64,000 nt of DNA. It comes from Lingula anatina. Lineage: Eukaryota; Animalia; Brachiopoda. The notes beneath the pieces were generated by a model that saw only the letters and a program-made list of their open reading frames with translations, did not search any database and was not told the DNA's origin. Shown in pieces: positions 22,500-35,600 of the stretch; positions within the stretch are counted from its first letter, which is position 1; every line of letters begins with the position of its first letter. A program made the position numbers and the translations under genes. The stretch lies in the NCBI GenBank assembly GCA_051362555.1, contig CM120645.1, positions 15,624,001 to 15,688,000 on the forward strand. Direction: 5' to 3'.

Positions 22500-22675
22500 A
22501 AAACATCCGCATTTTTCCGTGAAATTAATTCATTTCGTTGTTGGCACGCTATACTGGAAACGTCGCCATGGACGTATGCCAAAGATGGAATGTTAAGTAC
22601 ATGTACCGCAGTATACATCTACTCCCATGAGGAACACCACCTCGTTGTGGTCGCGAAGCAGGATTGGTTGATCAC
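22500..22675 (-). pseudogene. Degenerate duplicate of the terminal exon and proximal 3'UTR of the ACY1-like gene
   Basis: GCTTCGCGACCACAACGAG-GTGGTGTTCCTCATGGGAGTAGATGTATACTGCGGTA aligns with exon 23763-23599, with a deletion and an insertion; similarity extends into the 3'UTR. Confidence 0.8.
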
Positions 22676-23114
22676 TTTCTCAATTCCCCAGCAAATAGGC
22701 CTATAGGTGGCATTAGTGAACAGCATGCCCTTTATCGTACACTTGCTACTGATTTGAATAATTATATGCAAGACTTAATAAGAAAATGTGAGTGGAATTT
22801 TGCAGTTGATTTCCAGAATCTGTATTTAAAAGAGCTTATACATTCAAAGGACATGTTGAAAAACCCAGTTAAACCACAAGAAGTGAGCAATATAACGGTG
22901 TTTGTTGTGATTGTTTCTTTTGCACATCTGGTGATTAAACATTTTGTTTCTGCAATGATACAACTGTACAATAGGTAAATGTTGATACCTGTAACAAAAT
23001 CCTTGCATTTTACTAGGTATGACCAGCATTTTGAGCAACAATGTACATATCCGCTTACAGACCATAAAATGTATGTTGCAGTGGAATTTAGGCACTTAGG
23101 CGTTGAAGCAGTGG

Positions 23115-23301
23115 CAATTTCCTGGCGTGGCAGCGGGAGACATTGTTCGTGTGTTAGGTTTGAGGGCCTGATATACGGCAGCCGGGCTGTAACCTCCCCA
23201 GGAAGCCGGGTCGAGCGTATATTGACTAGGTGCCCATTATATATTCTTTATATATATTCATGTTCAACTTAAACCCAGTGGGTTGTAGTTTTGCAATAAA
23301 C

Positions 23302-23348
<47 letters not shown>
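23115..23348 (+). mobile_element. Probable 3' end of a 5'-truncated non-LTR retroelement
   Basis: GC-richer segment ending in AATAAAC directly followed by an (ATT)n tail; no clear TSD. Confidence 0.4.
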
Positions 23349-23598
23349 TGCAGGGCACTATCTCCGCTACTTATTACAATGATTAAAATGATTATACTGC
23401 ATAACTTTTCACCGCTAGCTTTCCGCTACTGCAGACTGCTGCGATATACATTTTTACTTCGGTATCTAGTCAAATATTTAACTAATGTAGCAGCAATACC
23501 GTATCGACAATTTTGTTGAAATGGTGATAAACATATGTTATAACCACTAGTCTACAAAAATATGGTAATTTTCAAGTGAAATTGTTTCGTTGTCGGGC

Positions 23599-26500
23599 TT
23601 AGGGGCTAGAAACCTCGCCAGGGACGCTTGCCAAAGATGAAATGATACCGCAGTACACGTCTACTCCCGTAAGGAATACCCTCTCGTTCAGAAACTCGTT
23701 GTGGTCGTGAAGCGTGATTCGAGTGTTGATCATTGGCGAGAAGCCTAGTGCGGGAAGCCCAAGCTACAAAAAATGTGAGAATAACCATTAAGAAGTGCAT
23801 ACACAGATATACAAGACCTTACTTCTGTTCAAGGCACATAATGAGTGTTGGGCCTTAATATGACATATTTTCCTGGGATTTTCAACGCTAAATCACCAAG
23901 GAAATCATACCCATATCAAAACCGTTCACAGAATTACAACTAATTATCCTGAACATTATGGTGTAATAAGTCAGCAAAACTGATTTTTATAAATTGATTT
24001 TAGTTTCATTTGCTTCAATTGGGATTCATTTCATTTATTTGCTCAAATTTTTCCAGCTGTAGTGTCATATTTAATTTTGGAAAACAAAAGCTAAACCCCA
24101 GTGAAGTAAATTTTAAATTTTCACAAAAAAACTGTTTAACTGGCAGTAAGAATTACCAAACAGACTGCATTGCCTACTGAAGCTGTATTTTAGTCCCATG
24201 TTTCTTTCCTGTAAGTTTGAGAACAGTAAGTGACATGGTTTTTCTTAAATGGTCATCATGGGGGCAGTGCCCAAAATAGTTTTTTTTTTTCAAATTTTGA
24301 TGCAATATTACATAATGTTTAACAGCATAATGATGAGTATTATGGATATTCAGAAAATGTTACTAGCAAAGGTCTTCAGGCCCATGGAACTTCAAAGTCA
24401 CAACTTGAAAATGCCAAAATGTAAACAAGACAGCACTGTTCTGAATTTTTTTTTTCCATTTTTAACAATTTTTAACATAAAACAAAATTAACAGTTTACT
24501 GCCGTTTTTATATGATCAACTAAAAAAATTGATGAGATGGGAAAAATATCAATAGAGCAGTGTTAAATGTCCAATTTCTTCCATTCTGAGATTCTGAACA
24601 TAGTGAATGTCAATGATTGAATCTGACAAACTGCAATGATATGAGTTTATTTCCATTTTTTGAAACTTTATTACACAATACAAGATAACAAGTTTACCAT
24701 CATTTTTACATATGTTGTAAAGATGCAGGAAATGCCAAACAAACACTTTTACTTATCTTACTAATTAAATAATGAAACATGCATGTTAACATGCCTAAGA
24801 ATTAAATCTGAGGAAATGTGAAAAAACAGCATTTCTTCAAAATAATGGCCCAATTAAGCTGATTTTTAAACTCAACCTGCGTTTTAGCAGGAATGACCAC
24901 TCCTGTGAGTTTACTGACAATTGGCCTATCTGTTTTTCTTATTTTGTGTTTACAGTGTTGCATATATGCTGAAAAGTGAAAAAAAAAAGCATAACTAAAA
25001 TAGTGGCCCGATCATGCCTATTTTCTAACTTGACCTGCGTTATAGTAAGATTGATTACTCCTATGAGTTTCATGACAACAGGCCTAACGGTTTTCCTTGA
25101 AATGTGTTTACAGTGTTGCATATATGCTGAAAAGTGAAAAAACAGCATAAGTTCTACAATAATGGCCCGATCATGCTGATTTTCGGACTTGACCTGCGTT
25201 TTATGGATATTCATCAGCTCTGTAAATATACAGCCAAAAAGTAAAACTGCCTTCCACTTATCGCGTTTACAATGAAAGTGCACGGCGACAGTGACAGTGA
25301 CGGCAACGCCAGCCACGACAGACGCAGGTGATGGCAATATGTACAGACACATCTGTACATATTTACTGTACTGTTTGAGAACAGTAAGTGACATGGTTTT
25401 TCTTAAATGGTCATCATGGGAGCAGTGCCCAAAATAAGTTTTTTTTCAAATTTTGATGCAATATTACATAATGTTAAACAGCTTAATGACCATCAATTTT
25501 TAATCATAAAATATTAGTATCATGGATATTCAGAAAATGTGACTAGCAAAGGTCTTCAGGCCCATGGAACTTCAAAGTCACAACTTGAAAATGCCAAAAT
25601 GTAAACAAGACAGCACTGTTCTGAAATGTTTTTTTTCCATTTTTAACAATTTTTTTAACATAAACAAAATTAACAGGTTACTGCCATTTTTATACGATCA
25701 ACTAAGAAAATTGATGAGATGGGAAAAATATCAATACAACAGTGTTAAATGTCCAATTTCCTCCATCCTGAGATTCTGAACATAGTGAATGATTGCATCT
25801 GACAAACTGCAATGATATGAGTTTATTTCCATTTTTGACACTTTATTACACAATACACGATAACAAGTTTACCATCATTTTTACATAATCAACTAACAAT
25901 TTTGTAAAGATTCAGGAAATGTCAAACAAACACTTTTATGTATCTTATTAGTAAAATAATAAGACTGTTAACATGCCTAAGAATTGAATCTGAGGAAATG
26001 TGAAAAAACAGCATAACTTCTAAAGTAATGGCCCGATCATGCCGATTTTCGAACTTGACCTGCGTTTTAGTAAGATTGATTACTCCTGTGAGTTTCATGA
26101 CAACAGGCCTAACGGTGTTCCTTAAAATGTGTTAACAGGGTTGCATATATGCTGAAAAGTGAAAAAACAGCATAAGTTCTACAATAATGGCCCGATCATG
26201 CTGATTTTCGAACTTGACCTGCGTTTTATGAATATTCATCAGCTCTGTAAATATAAAGCCAAAAAGTAAAACTGTCCTCCACTTATCGTGTTTACAAGGA
26301 AAGTGCACGGCATCGGCGACGGCATCGGCATCGGCATCGGCATCGGCATCGGCATCGGCGACGGCATCGGCGACGACAGACGCAGGTGATGGCAATATGT
26401 ACAGACACATCTGTGTCTGTACATAAAAAGGGTTTTGCTTCATCACAACTGACATTGACACTTCCTTTCACTTCTTCCGAATGCTCTATATTCGCCACCT

Positions 26501-26602
26501 TAGAGATGCATTCACCTAGACGTTAACTTACCTGTCTCATAATTCTGCCATCACTGAAAGCTGGATATACCTCTCTTTTCCACGGTATTCCCCTAAAATG
26601 GA

Positions 26603-26640
<38 letters not shown>

Positions 26641-29600
26641 TGAACCTAAGTGCTCTATCAACGAATGAGATATTAATTGCATTTCAAATTAAAACAGTAC
26701 AGTAGCTATTTTCAACCTTGTAACCAATCAAATATCCAACGATGGACTTTTCTACATGTAAGAAAGTCGGCTAATTTATCTGCTACTGACCGAGGCACAA
26801 GATACAAAGCAAAACATGTGGTATACTTACATTTCATTGCATGCGCTCTGGAAAGCGACCCACCATGGATTGGAGTCGTCAGCTGGGGTCACGCCTTGGA
26901 ATGTGTTTTTCTTGAAGTCAAACCAAACACATGTATATACATGTGTATTAACTAAGAACGGTTATCATCAATCTATATAGAATCCAACCAATATAAAGGC
27001 TTTACTTTTGTCGTGCTAACGGCTTTCCTTTAAAATCTTGTTACACAAACTTCAGATTATCATTGACGCTCATAAAAACCATTAGGCATTTATATAATGA
27101 TACAGTCGGACTATGGCTCTTGGTCTAATACTGTCTAAATAGTTTTCTTCGGCAAACAAGTGAAACAAAATTCTAATCGGTGCTGGGCAAGCAGATATGA
27201 AAACTTTCTTTAAGAATAGTAACATGCCGCAAAACCATTACATTTACCAGTAAACGATATGCATTTAGTCGCTTATGCTATTAAAACAAAATTTCTAACT
27301 GCAATTTACCTGCAAGAATTCCACTTTAATACCATCGCCTGCGCTTTTGGCCCACTGATGTATCTTGTTTTCTAGCTCCAGCATATCTTGAGTAACAGTG
27401 ACGCGAACGTCAAACACTAAAAAAAACAGGAGAGTTCACACTTTGAATAGGCCCAACTCATGTAATATAGCAGTGCACATAAGGCAAACCGCTTTTCATC
27501 GGACCTAGTGACCTCTATAGAGAGATAAAACGTTCATTGTGAAAAGCCCCAATAGTTTAAAACGCACTTTGATTATTTGGTACATTTTCAACAAGTATAC
27601 GTTGCTATATAGAAAGCATTCTTTTTCTTGGGATGTATTTACAGCTAGGTTCTGTTAAAATAATTTGTGGCTACCAGGGTGTCAATAAATTCCCAGTCAA
27701 ATTCCATCAAAGCAGTAGTCATGGTGCTTATAAACATTTATTTAGAAGCAAGTAAAGGATATGCATGACGCTACTAAAGGTTTGACTACATGGATTTAAA
27801 AACGAAAGTGCGCGTGCTTACCCGACGACATTTCTGCCGGAACCATATTAGGTTGTACGCCTCCCTATAACAAATGCAATCTGAGCTTGTAATTTGAAAC
27901 AAGAGAAGTTATCGATTTTCAGTTATTATAGTAACAGATCCAAACTTTTTTCCTATTTAGTGGTTGTAATTGGACCTTCTCCATGGCCCTTGCCTTTTTT
28001 GACTTCCAAAACATATTTTAATAACAACAACTATAGCAGTCAACGTAATATTTATCTTCAATTATTGCTCTGCAATCAGTCACGTGTATTACGTTTATAT
28101 ATGGATCAAAATACTACTATTCGGTGTCGGGGCAGGTTATCTTAAAACATTGCTGATAATCTTATCAAGTGAGCATTTCATGAGTGTGGTGTTATCGAAA
28201 GTATATAAATAGACCTTTGAACACTATTCATAACAAGAGCTTATTAAACTGTAGGCGCTGGCCCGCGCCACGTAAAGGTAAGACGACTTTCTCTACATAC
28301 GTTTTGAGAAAAATTAATAACTATTAATATAGTAATATATTTATATTTCAAAGTATACATCCTCGATTGATATTGGTTACGTTGATCGTACAGTTCGTAC
28401 AATTAAGTCTAATGTTTGTATTTAGTATCAAGATGGAGAGACCTTATGTTTTTAAAACGGTCTAAAGGCACAACTTACAGACGGGACGGATTATTCACCC
28501 GAGGCTCTTAAAGTTGGTTCAGACATTCTGTGATAGGAGTAGCCAATAGTAAACTTTATCAGAAATGGTCTTCAACCGCGAGGTAAATAGTGTCTGAGTT
28601 AAATTGTGAAATATCCTTTCACATTCCATCGGGATTTTCCTGCATGGTCCTTCCAACCGATTCACATGCAGACTAATAAACCGTCATGCCCCGTGCCTGG
28701 ACGCACGACCCGTAATTTACCTATGTAAATGTCCTCGAATAATGTCGAATCATGTTTGACAAGGATATCCTCCCATATAATTATATTTAAAAAACAGCAA
28801 AAAAAAAAAAAAAAACACTTTCGTTTAAGAAATTCCGGATTTACGTTACAGATTACGAAAGACATGGGCACAATAGAAAAGTTAATTAAAAGAGAAATGC
28901 TTGCCAAGTTTTATGGTTTTCGCGGTTTGTACATGTATGAACCTACCCCAATCATTGTGCAATTCACTGATGTGACGTCCCCAAGAACCATGGTACTGTC
29001 ATTCTTCAAGCTGTAACGTGTATATACACATTAATTCTTCTGTTATAACAGCATCGACTATATACGAGTAATCTTAATTAAAGTTAATAAACTTTTTAGA
29101 CAGTGTATATTTAACCCAAAGTCGTATTAAGTGAAGTGCTTAGACTGCACATGAAGGTAATTTGTAACGAAACTGGTCTTACGTAGCTTCCTGTTCAGCC
29201 CTGAATTCTAAGAAGGCGTCAGTGATTTTTCTCTGAAAGGAAAGTTTAGGATGATGAGTCTTATTGCATATTTGATATATAATTTTTATCCCTAAGGCCA
29301 TAACATTTAATACAGGCAACAATTTGCTACATTGTTATTATTGTTAAAACGATTAGGATAGAGGGGTTATATAATAAAAGCGGCCTTGTTTGGCCAAATA
29401 ACGAACAATCAATATTCCTTGTTGCCTTCTTTCTTGCTATGAATGAGACTATAAAAGTTTGTGGTACACTGAGATGGAGGAGACATAAAGGAAATTTATT
29501 GAATTAAGGGTGCGTCTTGGTGAAGGCCGGTCACGAGCCTACATCAGCTCTCTTCTTAAGCAGTTAATGCATGTACATGTGCCCCTTGATCTGATTGGAA

Positions 29601-32600
29601 TGGATAAAAACTAAAGCAAGCCTCGAGTACATGCATAACGCTTTAAATGCAACCGGGTATTTTTTTCCCATTATATATGCTTTGGTTAAGTTTGCTATAA
29701 ATTTACTAGACGCATACCTTACTTTGTCATCAGACAGGGCCGTAGCGTTCAGTTTCAGTAAGTTATACGCAAGTTTCTGGTTTATGCAAGGCTGTTAGAC
29801 TGTATACTGTCTATTAGCATGTAACTGTATAGGTAGCAGCGAAAGCCACTATCGTTTTAACTAAAATCATATTGATCACAAGTAATTTAGGCCATAGCGG
29901 AAGCGTGCTAGATTTAATAATGTTTCTATTTTTTCGGTAAAAATCGAAATACTTAAAAGCCTTCAAATTAAATTTTAAAAGTAAAAGGCGACGTGATTCT
30001 CGTTACATGTAAGAGCACGAGCATCACAACTAGCTACATTGACGTGTGTGCGCATACAAGTGCCTGCACGAGCCATAGAAGTTATAATGTAACTAGCCTT
30101 TCAATTTAGTTTTTTATTTTTATCTTTTTAAATAATTTTTGTTTATCTCTTATATGATAGGGTTGCAGATCGAGCAGTTGTATCCGAACAACATGCAAGT
30201 GCTTCAAGTTAAAAATCGAGTAAATAATTCACAAAATCTATTATTTGTTTATTACTTCCGCCCGGAAGATTGTTTTTTTTTTTTTTTTTTTTTTTGCTTT
30301 TGTTGGTGTGTTAATTAACAGCTTAACGCAAAAACTTAAGAACGAATGTTGATTAAATTCCCAGGATATTTCAAAATGGAATTAGAAACTGTCAGATATG
30401 CTGGTGGTGCTCCATCAATAAATCAATAAAAATGATAAGAGTCAATTTATACCTGGGCAAGGGGGTACGAGGAAGGGGTGTGCTAACACTTGTCCAGGAT
30501 GTCCACCCGGGCTAGTGAATGGAACGGTGCGCCTTAATGCCCCTTAATAGTGTTATAATCATAATTATACACTGATGCTCATAAGTTAAGCAACACTTTC
30601 TTATTTCTCGAATTTCTCAGCAACCAAAAAATTTATTGAGGCAAAATTTGTACAGTAGCTAGATATTTCTCTTGTTTTTACTTTGACTTACTGGACCGTG
30701 ACATTAGAGTACTATTTACTGTTGGACACGATAGAATATGCAATGGGGGTGCCACTTGCGAAAACCACAGTTTGGCCATGCCATGAGGAGCTTCCAGTTT
30801 GGCTAGTTTCATGGGCACAATTTGTTATTTTGGACTAACCAATGGTTAGAAGAGGACTCAACGAGGTAATCAGATGGCAAATAATGGGAAGGCATCGTGC
30901 TGGGGTGCCAAAGAGACAGATTGCAAGGCAACAAAAAAGCAGCACCAAGTCAAGTGTTCAAGCTGGTAGCAAAATGGTGCCAAACTCATCATGTATTGGA
31001 CAAGCCTCTTTCTGGTAGACCAATATTAACCGACGCAAGAGATGAAGATATCTGGTTCGATTATGCCACCAGGACCAGTTCATATCAGCAAAACAATGAA
31101 AAATTGCCACCGTAAGTCATTCAAGGGAGGTGCCCTGGTCAACAATACAGAGAAGAAATACCATTGGGGTGCATACAATCACACATTTAAGCAAATCCAT
31201 AAAGAAAAATCATTTTGGTGCAGGACAATGCGCCCATCCAGAAAGCATGGTCCGTGCAAGACGCGCTGCAACAGCGCGGTATCCCACATTTGGATTGGCC
31301 TGCATATTTATCAATTCTCAATGTAATAGAACATGCTTAGGATATGATTGACAGGGCAGTAAATGAGAGGTATAACGTCCAGTTAGAAACATTAGAGAGG
31401 TCCAGCAGGCAGTAAATGAAGAATGGAACCGGCTCTCAAAGCAAGATTGGCAGAATTTGATGGCAAGTTGCAGGAGACAATGTGAAGCTGTTATTCAAAA
31501 CCAGGGAAAGCACACTCGATATTTATTGCATAATAGACGATTAATCATCTATTATCTACAGTCTTCTTTTATTAAAACTAATTCTTAAATGATCGAACTT
31601 TATTTTTTCATAATAAGCTGTTTTAATCAGCACATACTTTTTGCTGTGTGAGCATACTTTTTTGACACATGGTTTGGCATATTTTAGTACCGTTTGGTTA
31701 ATAAAGTTATTTTGATTATTACAATAAGCTGTGTGGTGTATTTCTTTAACCGAAATATTCAACTTGAATAAGTTATTTATAAAATATGAAAGAAATATGC
31801 ATAATCCCACCAACAAATGAAATAATGATCAGGATAGAAGAAACTTCTGAAAAAATCAGGGTGTTGCTTAACTTATGAGCATCAGTGTATGTATTATAGG
31901 TGAACGTCTGTGCATCATGGCATATACCCTGCAGATAACTGCTGTTTTCGTTAAGTGAAATTGATAAGTAGCTGATAAAGCATTTGTCCTTGAACTCTTC
32001 ATACTTTGTAGATATGAAATTCAATCATCCAGAATACCGACCAAGGACATGGATATACGTCTATTTATATTTGTTTTAAAACCAGGTTCCAAGAAATTAA
32101 AGCTAAGCCAAAGTTTTAAACAGTTATGTTCTTATGTGTATATATTCTTTTGCGTAACACACCTAATCACAACTTAATTGTCTCATACTGACTTACCCTT
32201 AAAATTTTAGAGCAATAGACCATTAAATGGGGATTAATTTAGAAATAATCAGATAAACCGTATGAAAGACGTGGTTTTTTCTTAAGGTCATTTTAAAGCT
32301 GTGTCGTAATCTATCCATAAAGCATTAGTAGACAAAGTAGACAAAGATTAAGTGTAATATTTACTGCTAAAAACACTGATACACAGAACCTAAATCCTAG
32401 ATTGTACAGATCAAAATACATTGACTTGACAAAACATTGTTTTTGGTTGTTCTTAAGCCAATTCAGTGTACCAACAACTGCGTAAACGTATTTCTCTCCA
32501 CAATATATCAACGGAACCCTAAGAAGGGAAGTTTACAATGTTCATACCTTGAACACACTCAAATGCAATTTCATTACCGCCCATCATGATACACTCATTG

Positions 32601-35600
32601 TCAAGATAATTCCTGTTTTATAGTATTCGTCCGTGGGTTTTTGTTCGGAGAGTGGGAATGCCCCATAACTATACAAATGGAAGTATAAATGTGTACTACG
32701 TAGTTCAAAAACCAAACATCTAATTACTTAAGTTATTCAAGTAATTGTACTGATTTAACCAACGGTGAGCCAATTAAGACACCTACCAGTTTTTCAATGG
32801 CAGTATTTTGGACTAAATTTGCACCAAGACCAGCATTTCCAGTGCATGTCACTTTAATCCCTAAAACATAAATATGAAAAACTGTAAGTCTCTGGACTGT
32901 TATTTGATATACATGGCAATTCCCCATATGAAGTGATACTTTTCACTGAAGAAATGACAATAAGAAGTGTCGTTATGAGAACCAGTATAATTAAATGACG
33001 TAATGAAAAAATTGAGCAATGCATTTCTTATGATAAATTCAATGATTGTTACGTATTAGTTATCAATATAGTTTGCCTCCAATATTCTCTACCTCAAAGA
33101 AATTTCACTGTTGCACTATCTTTACTGAGGAACACTGGAGCATTTTGGTTTTAATTTCAGTAAACGCCAAAGCGTTGAAAGCAGCATATCTCCCTAAAGT
33201 TGGCAACACCTAAGTCTTTGAAGATGGCCGCCTTTGATATGCTCCACTTCAGCATTGTGTGCCTCATGAATCTGATCGTGCTCATAACTGCACTGAACCT
33301 GGGGTGGTGGTTCAACAAGGAGAGGTTTGACGTAACGCAGTCACAAATCCCAACTATCGTCATCATGGCCATAGGTTCGATGTGTATATTAGCTGTAACC
33401 TGTGTAAGCACATGGAAAGACGATACGGAGAGCCAGCGTCGCCACGGGCATGACTCATTGGGTAGAATGCTGAACCACTATCTTCCTCTTCTTGGTGTTG
33501 TGATATTTGGACTCGGCAGTTGCCTATATTCTGGTTTAGATGTCGTGGAGCAATATATTTGTCTACGCGCCTACCAGGCGTTCAATACTGATGGCGTCTT
33601 TGATAGCCTAGTCACTCAGCGTTATGTTCTAACTGCCTTCCACGGAGCGCACTGTATTTTCGTTCTCATACAAATTGCGTTTTTGGTGTTGACGTTTAAA
33701 GTGGACAATTATGCAAGGAACAACGCAACTTGCAAGGTTCTTATATGGTTTGGAATTGTCTTTACAATACCTGGCAACATTGGAGTCTTGTTTTATACTT
33801 TTATATCGGGATCTGTACAGCATGGCTTCGTACCGCCACATGTGCCAGATAACAAAACTTTGGGCAATGCCACAAGACTCTGTTTACAGGAACAGAGCCC
33901 TCTGGAGGATACAGTCCATGAAATATTACGTCCTGTTTGCCACCCAATGATAATCCAATATTGTCTAATCGTGACGAGACTGTTACTTCAGGAGTTAAGA
34001 AAATTGACCCAAAGGAACGTGCCGCCAATGGATACAAGTATGGAATCTCAATCAGATTCGGAATCTTTTGGACAAGAGACAAACGTTGTACCTGATGTCG
34101 ATTTGAACAATGTTAACCAAATAAATGGGGAAACACAACTAAAGCATCTCACAGACAACATTCCTCTGCCATCTTCTCAGCCAGGATCTGGAATGTCCGA
34201 GCAAAGACAAGACCTAGATGAAAACGTTCTTGGTGGAAATACAACTGGCACTCCTTCGATGGATATCGAAACTCACCTTAGTCGCAGAGCAGGCTTTATA
34301 GTGAGGCCTGTATCTCAACCAGAGCCGGGCGTGTCTGACATGAGGAACGGCGTAAGTGACCCCCTCATTAATGACGACCCACAAACAAATCAAGCAGTTG
34401 CTTCAGGACGCGGATCCAAACTTTACAATTTGTTATTCAACCGCGTTATAGCAATATTCCTCGTTCTGGTACAAATAGTTGCCTACATATCTGTCATCGT
34501 TCTAAAGACAACCCAGGTTTCTGAAACACAGAAAATCAACTACGACATTATTCTTATCTCATGTTTACTGGCTTTCTCGGTATACGCTCTTTGTGCTACG
34601 TGCGTCGGTTGCTACTCCGCTATTTTCAAACGACAGATAGATGCCGATAACTGTGTCTGTGAATTTTCATTTGCTGATGTTTTCCTTTTGGTTATGTCGT
34701 CTACTGGAAGCTTGATATTCAACTTCTCTGTTCTTATATGTGACGTTACAATATTCGAACAACCTACGTCTCATGAAGTTTTTGTTCACACCGTTATTTC
34801 ATTCATATACCGCATTTTGATGGCCGGCCAAATATCAGCTCAGGCATACTTCATCAACTCTGGACAAAGATTTGGTGTGTATTGTGGGACAGACCTTTCC
34901 ATTATGACAACCACTTTGAACTACCTAATTGTAGCAAACATAGGCTGGTGGGGGATAAATGCCTTTATAGGACCCTGGTATTTTAAAAAAGTGGAATTTC
35001 TAAATAGCTGCTTCGGTTCAACCATATGGCCAACTATGTTGAGGTTCCTGACGCCTTTGCTCGCGTTTTTACGGTTTCAGTCGTTCACTATGCTGTTAAG
35101 GTATCGCTACGAGGGGATCGTAATGGCGGGTGAGCAATAGCGGTCACGTGCAGATTGAAAAAGCTGTAATGCACATATTTGTGCATTTGTGTAATGTATA
35201 TAGTATAACTTTGTGTAATGTATATGGTATAACTTAGGGTGACTACTAATACTGCGTATTCCACATTCCTTGGTTTTGATACCAGCATTTGATCAGTTCG
35301 CTCTCTCTATCTGTGCGTGTGTGTGTGTATGTGTGTAAGTGCGGGTGTGTGTGGTTGAGTATGCGTGTGTGTGAATACATGCCTGACCTTTAAGAAAATT
35401 TCTGCTTTTCCGAAAATTGCTACTTTCCCAAATACTGATTTATGGATTGCATTGCCAATGTAAGTTTGTTAAAAGATAAAGCATATTCTTTGTACAAATT
35501 CATAATTATAATAATAATAAAGATAATTGATAATAATAATAATATCTTACACCATGGAGACCTCTCTGCATTGTAGACTCTGTATACGCCATCTTCACTT

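Noticed and set aside
29718-29776. Open minus-strand AG...GT segment in ACY1-like intron 9 with the same phases as exon 10 (possible mutually exclusive exon)
   Set aside because: Translation [20 protein letters not shown] does not resemble the ACY1 segment, whereas 29232-29183 does; RNA data would be needed.
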